Shown here piece by piece: positions 12,290 through 25,500 of a stretch of 64,000 nt of DNA; positions within the stretch are counted from its first letter, which is position 1; each line of letters starts with the position of its first letter. Location of the stretch: assembly GCA_905178155.1 (NCBI GenBank), contig CAJINV010000004.1, positions 10,196,381-10,260,380 on the forward strand. The letters run 5' to 3'. The notes below the pieces were generated by a model, which was not told where the DNA came from, ran no database searches, and saw only the letters and a list, made by a program, of their open reading frames with translations. This DNA is from Amoebophrya sp. A120 (Eukaryota > Protista > Dinoflagellata). The translations under genes were made by a program, and so were the position numbers.

Positions 12290-13524
12290 AGATGCGTGAT
12301 GAAGCGTTTTGTGTGCTTTATCATAGGCTGGCTGTTGCTTGGGTTTGGTGTGATAAATTGAGTACTCAGCTCCACGTGTTTATTCGACGTGTGCATGTTG
12401 AACATGAATGTCGGTATGCACCGCACACTGAGACTTCTGTTGACACCAATAAATGTCATGCTCTTCCTTTTCATGATGCTGCAAATAGTATCATGACAGT
12501 AAGAACTTGAACCACGATACAGAGGCAAAGCCCTTTTATTGTTCCATACTCCGGTCGCAGTCGCTATGGGTGGCAAGGCGGTGTGAAGGCGGAAGTGAAA
12601 CACGACGACGACGCGTTCTGCAAAAATGGTGTTCTTGACCATGGCGACGTGACGGATAGCGTAAAAATGATTGTTCACAATTATAAGAATCGGTGGGTTC
12701 GACTGAATTCAAAATACCGATACACCATCACGACCACATCAGAACGTGAAAGAAGAGATGAAACGAGCATGGCCGTATGGCCGATGCTAATGGACGGCTT
12801 GACACGAGCGTGGCTCTTGTGTTCGACACTCAGTTGAGTGCTGCAGGACCCGTGCTTGCTTGATTCTGTTTTTGACCTGTGTGACCTGTGAGGTAGATGA
12901 TGGTGTGATTGGCAAATTGAAGCAAGGCTACAATTTATCGTAGCTTACAAGAAATGGCACAACAATGCCGTGGGTGTGTAGTTGGCGTTTCCTTAAGAAG
13001 ATTCTTGTCTGAAGAAATTTGTTTTGGGGTTCTTTCTGCAGTGTGCTGCTAAAGAAGAAATTGCCGAAATCTCGTGAAGGTGATGGACACGGCTTCTGAA
13101 GTACTATACGCATTGTTTCGTGATCGTCTGCAGAGCGGTTTCGTTGAAGAAAAAGATGATACGAAAAAGTCATTTAGTAGATCGCGATGTCGTGCTGGTC
13201 TTGGTGGGTCTTGATCCGCAAAACAGATCGCGACACGTGAAGATGAAAATCCTGAACCTGATCCAGTCCCAGTGTCTACCTGGTGGTCGATAGTAAATGC
13301 AACATAGACATAGACATAGTAGAGCAACTGTTTGCATTATTTGCACCATCTTGTCCTCCTGCCTTTGTTTGTAAAAGCGGTCGGCGCAAGTGCAGCAATT
13401 TTTAGACCCCTAGTATAATTCGCTGTAGTGTGTGGCTCCTGGTTCTTTTCAGTGTCGTGCGTCTGGTCTGTCCAGAGGACGATGACGCGCCGGCGCCGAA
13501 GTCATTTGCACAAAAGAACAGAGA

Positions 13525-16500
13525 ATGAGGGCCCTCCGAGCAGATATTAGCACTACTAGCAGCGGCCACTTCTTATCACACGATGGTAAAACTAAAAAGT
13601 CTAGCAGCGGGCGCCATGTTCTTGACACGCGGGTCTTCATTTCCGGTGCGAAACCTTGGACCAGCAGTCTCCCGCGGGGTGGTAGGCTTCTTTTGTCACT
13701 CACGACCGCCGGAGCGCTTTTCTTCTCAGACGAGGATGCGGAGAGCGGGTGTTATTTCGGAAGCGGTCAAGAATCAGAACCGCCTAAAACTAAAACACCT
13801 AGACGACGAGGAGCTGACATGGTGTTCCATTTCGCACATGCCGCAATTTTAACATCCTCGGCACGCGGCTCAGAAAAAGTGCACGACTACCCGAGTGGAG
13901 GTAATGGTGATAAAGGCGGAGATGATACAGCAACCGGCAGTGCAAGAACTAGAGCTGTTTTTTCCAGATCAACCCAGCAGGAGTCACCTCAGCAGGGTGC
14001 CGACGCAAGCGCCAAGTGCTGCTGGGAAGAAGCGCAAACAACTGCTGGGAGTGCGGCGACTGAAAAGATGAACCCGACGCAGTTGCTAAGCGAGGATCTT
14101 CGGGAGCACCATCACCAAGCGGATAAAATTGAAAATTCGCATGCCCGAGCAAATTGGTCAGAAAAAACCTACCCCAGGAGCTGTTTGAAAGAACACAAGA
14201 ATGCAGAACCAGCCGTTACTTCGTCCACCAGCAAGAACAGCACCTCCACCACGACCGCGTCCCGCACAACTCTGGCAGCTCTGAAAAAGGAAATAACTTT
14301 CGTGCGCATCGGAACGCAGGTCGAGATTCTGGGCAGCAACAATACTCTGCAGTTTCGCGAACTGCCGGACTACAGTCCTGCAGAAGACTCCGCTCCTCGG
14401 CGGGGCGTTGGGCGGCGGAACAAAAGAAGCGGTAACTCTAAGCGATCCTCGTCTTCTGGAGCGCGTAGTGGAACAACGACTCGCTGTGAGGAAACATCCA
14501 GTTCGTCTTCTTCTTCATCCTCAACTACGTCATCCTCGGAGGAGGACGAGGAGAGCAGCGACGAAACCAGCTCGGAGTCGGACGACGGTGATTATCAAAT
14601 GCAAAAATGTCTGGGTCTGGAAGGTTGCCAGGTTTGTCATGCATATTTTGCATGACCCATGATCATGATGCTTGTAAAGCATGGTCTAGCATCACAGACT
14701 TTTGGAGGGCATCCTGTTCCTGATGCCTATTCCGCATGAGAAATGCCCTTCCGGCGTAGCACAAAGTGAGTTCCTCTTCCTGGTCATGCAATACAAATGT
14801 TCCTAGGATCCGAAGATAGCATCACAAGTTGAAACCTTCCAGACGCAGGCGTTTTTGCACTTGATAGTGATAGCATCTCATCCAACTCGACGTCGAGCGA
14901 TCATTCTGAGTCGACGACCTCAGGCGGGCGTGATAATGTCCTACCGAAGAACTCGACTTGTATTTCTGCGCCCTCTGCAGCTGGTGCTGGAACAGGACCC
15001 GGATCAACATCCAGCTCTTGTACGTCTCCTAGAGATGCAGCGCAGCAGAATTTGTATTTGCCAGGGAACAAGGAGCATGTGCATGCAGCTCAAGGACGAG
15101 CACAGAGAACCTCCGTCGTGCAGAGTTCTTCTACACCTCTTGCGCAGCTGCAGGGGACTTTCACCACGGCGGAGGTAAAACCAGCTGAGGCAGAAGGGCG
15201 GGAACTACAAACCAGTCCAGTGTTCGATGACGCCGATCGCTCGGACCCACAGCCACACAGCAGCACTCGTGAGGATCTTCGTGCTGATCGACGTGGGTCC
15301 CACCGAAGTTCACGTGGCTCCACCGCCCTTCGCCCGTCTTCAGCATTGTTGGATCATAAGTCGCAAAAAGCAGGGAGCAGTAGCAAGACTTCCGGCAACT
15401 CGGGTCAGCGCTGCAACACACCGCATCCTGGAGGCCGGGTAGTTGACAGGAGTGGTAGGAAGATGAAAGACGATGCTGCAGCTAGTAGTAGTGGAGTGCC
15501 TGCCTCTGCTGAGAGCGTCGAGTTTCTGGTGCGCGATGCAGCTGGAAATGCACGACACCCATACGAAGGCTCGACACCTTTACAAAATGAAAATGCGTCG
15601 GCAACTTATGCTGGAACTGAATTCATGCTGCAGGGATCTTACGTGCCACAGGAACCGCTCCCGATCCCCATGCCCGGTGAGAAAGGTGTTGGTGCTAGTG
15701 CTGCTGGCATGATCTCAAATGAGGTCGGTTGCTCTGGCCTGATTGCTGACGTTCTCGTACGACCATCTCCGCCCAAAGCGCCGCCCCGCGGTAGGCCACC
15801 GCGCGCTAGAAGTCGGGAAAGAAGGAGGACGTTGCCAGTCACTAGCACAACCATGGGCGGACCTGCGGGAGAGGACGGGGTTCCTTACCATCCTCCGGGT
15901 ACCGACGAGAGGCAAATCGGCTCTACTACAGGAGAAGCTCCTAATATGACTTCTCAACCATTTCCGATGCCCGACGAGCTAGAGCCGCCCCCTACCAGAC
16001 CTTCATCAAAGACGCTGGTGGGCGAGGAGCGCTCGACCCTCATTCGCCAGGGCAGTCACAAAAATGACAAAAGCGGCATAACAACGCAGCCGCCTTTGGT
16101 ACTACCACAAATGGCCGGGAACAAATCGAAAAATAAAGCTGTGAAGAAAGGCACGAAACAAGATGAGCACCGCGCAACGACAGAGGCGCGCCAAAAACAA
16201 CCGAAATCAGGTGGGGCAGCCTCTTCAAAGCGTCGAGAGGGCCCGTTGCTAGCACCGGGAAGAAGTCGTCGCGATCACACTGCTCGCAATGATGACGATG
16301 ATGACGAGCTCCTGGAAAACTTACCCAGGTTTCCGTGGTTAAATAGCCTTTGTAGCACTACGCAAGAGGGCGTTCTTGCAGTGTCCCGTGGCGCTATGGG
16401 CAATCTCGAGCGGTTTGCGACCGCCGGCTTGGGTCGTCGCGTCCATGCAAGCGGTGCGTCTGTTCCGAGTTGGCTTTCATTTAGGCGCGGATTAGCTAGT

Positions 16501-19500
16501 GAGGACGCAAGTTCGACTACTTCTCTAGAAGGGCAAAGTCATCTACAACTTCGAGAACGGAGTTGTAGTTCCAAAGACCACGGCCTTCACTTGGACGGCC
16601 ACGGAGCTCCTGCCGCCCCCGATGCTGGCGAGGACATGGATGTGGATGATGATGAGCCCGTCGTGAATAACAAGTTCACGAAGGCTGCGATTGAACGAAA
16701 TTTCCAGCAGCGCCGAGGTGGAAAGAGCCATAGCAAGCCGGGCGGCCAGAAAAGCAAGAAGGCCCTGAAACGCGAAAGGCACAGAAGAGACAGCGAAGAC
16801 AGCACGACACAGGAACAACTACTTCATCACGCTGGAGGAGCTGCTGATGGGGGCCCAAGAGCGACCTCTCTTCGAGGTGGCGGAAAAATGTTGAAAGGCG
16901 CAAACAAGCGACCACCAAAGATGAAAACTACCTCTTTTCGCCGGAAGTTCAGCTACGTGGCCATAAGCCTTGCGTGTTCCACGGTCGCCGTGGCTCGCTT
17001 GATTCACTTCTTTTACGACCTGGGCAAAGCCACCGCGTTCGAAAGTCTGTACGACCTGGGTCAAGCTGTCGCGGACGGATCCATCTGGAGTCGGAAGTCG
17101 CTCTTCGAAACAACTGCGAGGACCGGGGCTGGTGGATCTTCAGACTCGGACAACTGGCGAAATCTCAAAAACGAGCTCTTTCCAACCTTCGATTGGACCG
17201 CGGCATTGAGCAAAGAGGAGAAAGCCGCTCTATCTGACGTGCTGGTCGTCTTCGCGAGCGCGTACCAGCCCAAAGTCAGAGACACTGCTACGGCCGGCGC
17301 TGCTCGTCGTGGGGGGTCTAGTAACCTCTACGCGCCGGATGATCATGACAAAACCGGAGAGGACCCGGAGGCGTGGAAGCTGATCAGTCATGCCTACGAG
17401 CGGGCACAGGGCCTGCGGGAGAAGAAGGTCGCACTGATCACGAACCGCAAGGAGTGGCCCGACGCGAAGGCGGCCCTGGCGGGGGCTGGGTACGCCCGGC
17501 TTGTCGCGCGAAACCTGGTGGACGGAATGGTGGTCGCTGACATGTCGGCGCACGCCGCGTACCTAGGTCCGAAGACGATGGAACTCAGGCAGAAGGACAC
17601 GTTTATAGTACACGACGAGCCCGAAGGTAGAAGTGCTGGTGGTCAGATGCAAACTATCTCCAAACAAGCTGCAAAAATGTTGCTCGAGAACAGCAAGATG
17701 ATGAGAAGCGCTTCGGTAGATGAGAAAGAACAGGTTTGCATGAGCTCTATCGCACCGGCGCTATCTTCGGGCACCCCGCCGAACGAACAAGCAGGAGCGA
17801 TTACCGCAGCATCTTCATGTAGTTCATCAGCATCATCGTCTAGCTCCGCAAGCAGCGGCCATCGAAGTGCCGATACCGTTTCCCGCGAAGATGTTTCAAA
17901 ATCTGCCGGTGCGACGTCAGCAGCCCTGGAAGTAGGGCCAGAGGACAAGAAAGAAATTCTGCAGGTTGCGATGGACATCGCGAACCTTTTCGAAGGGGTT
18001 GTGGACAAAATGCAGCGCTTGTCGCTGAATAGTGGAGTAGCACGTGGTGGACCAAGTAGCAAAAGCGAGGAACAACAGGGACGACCCGGGGTGTTGAAAA
18101 GCGAATCTCAATCTTCAAAGAACCAAGGCGACGAGAAGAACAAGCCCGTTCTGGACGTTTACGTGGACGAAAACGGAAACGAAATCACTCCCAACGCGAT
18201 ACTTGCCAAGTCGAAAATTACTGACACTACTACAGACGAAATAAATCTCATCCGTCCCTTCACGAGGACTTCTCAGCCGAGCGACGAGAAACAAGAAGCT
18301 CAAGAACAGCATAGTCAACAAAGTAGAAGCCGCAAGGACACGGACTACGGCTGGATTCTGCATCCGCAGACCTACAACGCAGAAACTGGCCAGGCGAAGT
18401 GGCATTTCATTGACGTGGCCGCGGATGTGTCCTGGCACCCGCACCACGGAGACCAGCTGAAGAACTGGCGGGAACAGGGACCGGACATCGGGAATGTGAT
18501 GCCTGGCGCGTCGCACGGGTTGCTGGCGAACAGAAAGCATGGGCTTATTGGTCCGGAGGAGTTCCATGTGGTGGTTTTTGACCGCATCCGGGAAGTTTTT
18601 CTCGCGGTGAAAGAGGCAAACCAACTGCAGATCTCCAACCAGATCGCGGACTCCCTCGTCGCCATGGTGGACTTCGAGTTTCTGGGCATCCAGGCGAGAG
18701 ACGGGAAGGCAAGTACAAGTGGTGCGGGTCCACCTCGTGGGGAGCCTCTGCAGCAGCGACCGTCGTTGCAAGAGGTACTAGCTCTTGTGTAAAGAAGTAG
18801 ATGCAGTACAGCTGGTTTTACGCAAGTTTATGTCTGATGTTCCATGTTACTTTCTGTTTCATCTACATCTTCTGCACGCTGGCTGCAAACTCTTTTATAA
18901 GAAGATCTTCAGCTCCCCCTTTCTCAGGACGAGGACGAGGTCGTGCACATAGTAGCTTAACAACATCTACATCATCTTCCCAATCGATAAAAACAGCTTG
19001 CTACAGAGACCGAGCGCATTCTGGCAGCCACCCCCGCCGACCGCTCGGACCCGGTCCACCGGAAGCGCGAGTCGCAAATCGACCTCCTGACCGAAACGTA
19101 CCTGCGAAAGCTCCGTCAGCACTGCCCTATGAACTGCAAAAGTATTGTACTCGTAGTAATTGCAGTCATGCAAGACAAATTTCATTTCCAAGCTAAATCA
19201 CCATGACATATTCCGTTTGTCATGCTGAGCTAGTTTGTGTTGCAATACTACGAGTACGATACTTTTGCAATGCATATGCCCACGAAAGCTACAACTCTCT
19301 CATTTCCAGCGAGCGGCCCGGGCCCCGAGCGTGGACGATTTGTTGCGAATCATCACGGAATCGTGCTACGAAGCGAAAAGCGTTTACAGCAAGAATGTGG
19401 AGAAGAAAAGGCAGAAAAAGCAAAAAGAAAAGGAAAAAAACCTGCCTTTAATCGACTACCGGGCGAGTGAAGACAGTGAATTTCTCGAGATCGAGCAGGA

Positions 19501-22500
19501 CGAAGCGAACAAGTACGGGTTGTTAACCGACTTTGACAAGTACAACAGCCGCAAGGAATCCGACCAGAGACACGCAGATCTACTCAAGGCGCGCTTCTTT
19601 TGCCCCTTGAACTGGGACCACACGCGGTGGCTGTTGCAGTGGTCGAACAAGTTTTACAAAACGTGGAAGACAGATAGTCCGGAAAAGTATCAGCGCGTGC
19701 GGGAGAAATTTTTGAACTACGTGCAAGAAAAAGAGGCGGAATTGGCGCGGAAAGAGTCTCGCAGCATCGCGATGCAGCACGAGAAGCCCTCCTGGTTTTC
19801 CAAATACGGCCACATCGCGCAAGTGGATCCGTTTTCGCTTTTCACCACGCCAAGCCACGCTACGGGACGCCCTTATGCCATTCCGAAGATCAGCAGCAAC
19901 CCGCCGCCGGGCTGGGTGCCGCCGCCGGGGAGTGCAAGTGGGGATAGTAGCAAGTCGAAAGCTAGTTCTGTGGACGATGGCCAGCATAAAGCACCAGAAG
20001 ACGTCAAGCAGGAAGTAGAGAAACAAGACGACAAGACCAAGGCACGACCAGGAGCTACAACGACCTCTCCTACTCCCCCCTCCTGCGCCACTACCGTTAC
20101 CAATGTGTTTCTGAAGGGTCTCCCGTCTTTTATCCCGGAGTTTGCGCCGAAAATCCGAGACGGAAAGATTCTCGACTACGAGTACGACTTGCAAGTGTGG
20201 CTGAAGGCGTTTGAGGCACCTATGGTCGAGCTGCGGGAGCGGATTTTGGACTTGCTGTTCTTGCCAGTAGAGAGAGATAATCAACAACATCATGTGAAAA
20301 ATTCTGGAGTTGACCCATTCGGCGGCGACAATATCAATGCGAGAAGAAGCACAACCGCACAGCAGAAAGACCCGGAAGAACATCAAACAGAGCGGATTCG
20401 AGACATGTGGCGGCAAATGCTTTCTGTCAATGCGTATCAAAAGCTGGTTTTTTGGCACAAGGCGATTTCGCAGCTCTGGTTCCGAAACAGCAAGTGCTTT
20501 TCGGTTGCTGGGTTTCGCAGGGTGTTTCTGACGGTGGCGCACTCCGCGATGCCCGAAGTAGTGCAGGTGCACTACGTGAAAGGTGGACAACAAGGATCTA
20601 CTTCCCGCACGGCAACGAAGCGCAGCGCAACACCGGAGCCCGCCCCTACAGGCGGCCAGCGAGATGAGGAGGAAAGCAGCGGCGATTCCACCTCCATCTT
20701 CGGATCCTGGAGACGCAGAAGAGAAACTGCTGCTCGAGCAGAAAACGAAAATCGAAAGAACAACCACCAAGGTGGAAAAAGTACAATTTCTAAGCCATCC
20801 TTCGATAAAGTCCACTCCTGTCTTGCCGAGCACGCGTACAAGGACGGGTCCGTGCCCCGCGACCGTTTCATTCGGCTTCCCGTGCAGCAAATCATGCACC
20901 AGAAGATCCAAAACCCCACGGACTTTGTGATGCTGCACAGCGATCGGAAAGACTACATTCTGTTACCCTCCCGGAACCGAAAAGTCAGCATCACAAACGA
21001 TATCAAGACGCCGAACATGGACGACACGAACTTTCTGAGGATCTACCTCCCGGAGTACCTAGTCGACGGCCCGCTGCAAAAGCCTGACTTACTCGCGGTC
21101 TTGGGACTCTGTGACGGCAGGCAGGGGGTGCTGGGAAATTTAAACGCACACAGGTTGGAGGTGAAGGCGTATTCATCGAGTGGGTCGTTCGCGTCATCGA
21201 CTTCTGGGGCTGAGCTGTTGAAAAAGTTGAAAAACGTGGCGAAGAGCGAGATGACCTGTGTGGGGAAACTGCCGACGGAATTGGGTGGAGGTTCTTGCAG
21301 CAGTGGCGGAGGAGCGAAAGGCAAAGCGAATCCAAAAAATATTCATATTGATGATGATCTATGCAGCTCAGCTCCCCACGAGAAAAACAAGGTGGAAATG
21401 TACGCCCGACCCTGGCGGAGCTACGACGCTTCGCAGATAAAAAACCACGGGATCTCCGCTTCCGGGGACGAAATTCACGAAGACCATGGTACTGTGGAGA
21501 GCTCCAGCGTCGTTGCCGTGACGAACACGAGAACTGACTCGGAGTGGGTGTCTATCCAAGGCAAAAGTATTCACATACCCGTACTAGCTGTAGTCGCAAT
21601 ACTGCATGATAAATCTACGTTTCTTGGCTGAAACAGCATCACAAATTCCATCTTTCTATCTGAGATGAAGATTTGTGATGCAATTACGACTAGCACGATA
21701 GCAGGACGAGACTTTTGCAATGCATAGTGTTACTTTACGAGCAGTTCCCTGACGTCTGCGACCGGGACGAAACGATATGGTTTTCAAAAATGTCTGGGTC
21801 TGGAAGAATGCAAGATTTGTCATGCATACTGCTCATGACCCATGATGCCTGTAATGCATGACCTAGCATCGCAGACTAGACTTTTAGAGGGCTTCCTGAT
21901 GCACCTTCCGCATGAGAAATGCCCTGTCCGTGCAGCACAAATTGTGCCCCTCTTGCTGGTCATGCAATGCAAATTTTTTTAGAGTCCAAAAACAGCATGG
22001 CAAGTTGCAATCTTCCAGACCCAGACACTTTTGCATTTGATAAACGACTATCGGCGACGATCCGCTGGCCGGCACGAGTCATTTGCTCGTGGGCGAGGCC
22101 CACGCGGACAGAGTGCGGTGGGTCGTGGAGCATTTGCGAGCACAGGATGTAGTTGATGGTGACTCTGACATCAAGCAGGGGTCCGCTCAACATACGTCGG
22201 CGTCAACAAAGCAGGGAAATTCAGCAGAAACAAAAGCAGAAGATACGGAAAGTAAAACAGGGGATCACTCCGATTTCGTTCCGCCCGCAGACTTCGTTTT
22301 CGACCACGCGACGTATCTGAAGCGGCACGTGTGGCAGAAGACCCGCACCGAAGTTACTCCACAGCCGGAGTTTGCAATGTTTCAGAAACCCGTAGCACCG
22401 GCAGGCAGGACTTCTACCAGGGATCATCATGAAGATCATGCAGGGGGCAGTGGTCGTGAGAAAACATCAACCGGTCGTCCTCGAGATGACCAACACGATG

Positions 22501-25500
22501 AACAAAAACCGCCCTTCGCCCAGCCGCTCCCAACTAGCTCGGACTACGCGAATTCCCTCATCGTTCCCGAACTCAGCCCCTACGGATTTCGGTGGCTTTT
22601 ACTCGAAGCGAGCGTGGCAAAAGTCGGCGCAACGTCTACCTACGAGCAGATGCTGCAAGACGTCGAAGATCCTGGAAACAAAACGAGCGTAGAAGAGAAA
22701 ACCCATGATCTCCCGACAGGCAGCACAGCAACCGACAGTGAGATGTTTCTACGCCAACTGCCTGAAGGCCAGAAAGTACAGGCGGAGTGGGAGCTGGAGC
22801 AGGTGAAAAATTTGGAGAACAACGACCAGATTTTCCAGCTGCAATCTGAAACCCTCCGCTGGGTGTTTCTGTTCTCTCTGGAATTAGCAGCCGTTCTCGA
22901 CTCCGATTCGCCTTCCGGAGGGAATAGTGGGTGGAACTCGAAGAGTAGCTCCGACGCGAATTTTCTTGTGTTTGACGATGTCTTCAAGTTCGTATGCAAG
23001 AAAAAAACTGTGTTAGTGTAAGTCTTTTGGGAAAACAGCATCACAAGTTTGTCTGCTATGACAGGCCAAACTTGTTATGCGCAGACACGAAGGGAAAATA
23101 CATAGGAAGCGAGCCGATCATGCATGTCGAGCATCACAAGTGTAACTGTAACTGTTTTGCATTTTCTGCATCACAGATTTACGCTTACACAGTTTTTTTT
23201 TTTGCATAGTTCGCGATGGCGCACTACTACGGGTCCATGGACGAAATGATCCGGCGTCACGCGGAAATGGTGAAAGCGGACCCGCAGATGAAGGAATCCG
23301 GTTTATTAGACTACAAGTTCATCGCCGACCCCTGGAGCAACGCGATGAGGATGAATTTACAGATGGGAATTATAAGCGACGGCGCAACTGGTGCGGGCAG
23401 TATGCCGGCAAATGGGAAGTGGAGAAACATGTTTCACACGCTGCTATATCAACTGCAAAAATGTCTGGGTCTGGGAGATTGCAACTTGTCATGCTGTTTT
23501 TGGACTCTAAAAAAACTTGTATTGCATGACCAGCAAGAGGGGTGTAATTTGTGCTACACGGACAGGGTATTTCTCATGCGGAAGGAGGTGCATCAGGAAG
23601 CCCTCTAAAAGTCTGCGATGCTAGGTCATGCATTACAGGCATCATGGGACATGAGAAATATGCATGACAAGTCTTGCACTCTTCCCGACCCAGACACTTT
23701 TCCATTTGATATGCTATGCGCGCAAGCGGCTTTGCACGCAACCATCGCGGTGCAGAACCACGCGAGGCCGAACCTGTTTCTCATGGACTTCTACGGATTG
23801 TTAACCGGCAGCGCGTCGAAAATGGATGTGGATGTTGAAGATGGGGGAGAAGCGGGTGCTTTTGGGCGGGATCAAAACAGTGGACCACGAACTGACAGTG
23901 CTAGTGCCAAGACGAAAAAAACAACAAGCAACGCGGAACAAAAGGAGAAAGAGCAAGACAGTAGAACTTCTTCCACGCAGGAGGACCAGGACGTCTTCTA
24001 TGCCAAGGAAACAACTTCTGCGGGTGGCGTGTTCTATGCGAAGCAAAGTTCTATTTCCCCAGGTGGGAACAATGCTGACCACACCGTCGCTGATCCACCA
24101 CCACACGTGCCCCTCGCACCACCCAATATTGAGATGTACAGGAGCGAAAAGGATGTGCTGATCCAGCGGCAAATGCAGGAAATGTTCCAAACCGGCACCT
24201 CCACGAACACAAATAGCCGGGGGTCGTGCAGCAAGTGCAGAGGGATAAAGGGTACTAGACAAGGCAGTGACCACGCTCATGGTCGCGGCCCTGGTGGTGT
24301 TCTCCCCTCAGCGTCCTCGTGGTCTGCTGCTTCCGCGGGAGGAGAATCGTCGATAATGATCTCTTCCGCCGAGGGTTTAGCCCGTTTGAAACAGGAAGCT
24401 GCACTCTCGCAGTACGACAACGCTGGAGCAGATGCAGAAAGAAGACAAATATTAAACCAGCAGGAACAGCAGCAGCAGCCCGCCCAACAGGCTACTTTTC
24501 ACTATGACGAAAGAAGCCCCCTCCCCCAGCTCGGCGGCGCGCAGCTGATTTGGTCTGCGATGGTGCGGCAGGTGGACACCGTGTATGCTGTGCAAAAGTA
24601 TCGTACTCGTAGTAATCGCAGTCTTGCATTTACAAATCTCTTTCGCAAGGTGAATCAGCATGAGAAATTCCATTTCTCATGCTCAGGACATTTCTCATGC
24701 GATTTCTACTAGTACTACGATACTTTTGCAATGCATACCGTGGACACCAACACGATCTTGAACATTTTTGAGCATATGGCGTTCTCAAACGTTACATTCT
24801 CAACTGTTACATGAATTTGTGATGCAAAAATGGCAAAAGTGAAAGGAAGGACCTTGCGCGTCTTGCATGACAGATTTGGCGCAGATTCTCAGCCTGTTTG
24901 GCCGTCTGAGAATTTGTCATGCGAAGCAGCTTGATGGCGTTGATAGTCAAGGTAATTCCGCATGACAAATGCATGATGGGCTTTAGTCGCGCAGTCTGTT
25001 AAGCATGACAAATCATGTAACAGTTGAGAATGTAACAGTTGAGAGCGCCATAGAGCAGGAATACCAAGTCGAGCCGGTCTATGGGGGTGTCAGGATTGAA
25101 ATCGACAAAGTTGAAATAACTTGTAACGCATAAAATGGATGAAATAAGTTAAGTTGTACCCAGTTTCCAAGTGGCGCATGACAAATTTGGCTAGAACCGA
25201 AATCCAATTTGTCATGCTGTTTGGGGACAAGAGGTGTCTTTTGTCGTGCTACTTTAGCAGCTCTATTGCAGACCCCGAGCCGGCTGACAGTCTGCCTCAC
25301 TTGCCATCCCTGCAAGAGAGGCACTTCATGCCTTGCAATTTATGCATGAGAAATTATTTCAACTCTCACTTTGTCGATTTCAATCCTGACACGTCTATAC
25401 GGTCGGTTCCGCGTGGGAGATCCGCGCCAGTCTGGCATCGTGGCGAACGGTTTCGGGTTTGGACAAAGTGCCGACCGTGCGAAGTTCCAGTGCGCAAGAC

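Noticed and set aside
19580-20938. 452-aa minus-strand ORF and similar antisense ORFs (e.g. 43168-44064, 18115-18771)
   Set aside because: They are shadows of long GC-rich + strand coding exons with no independent support.
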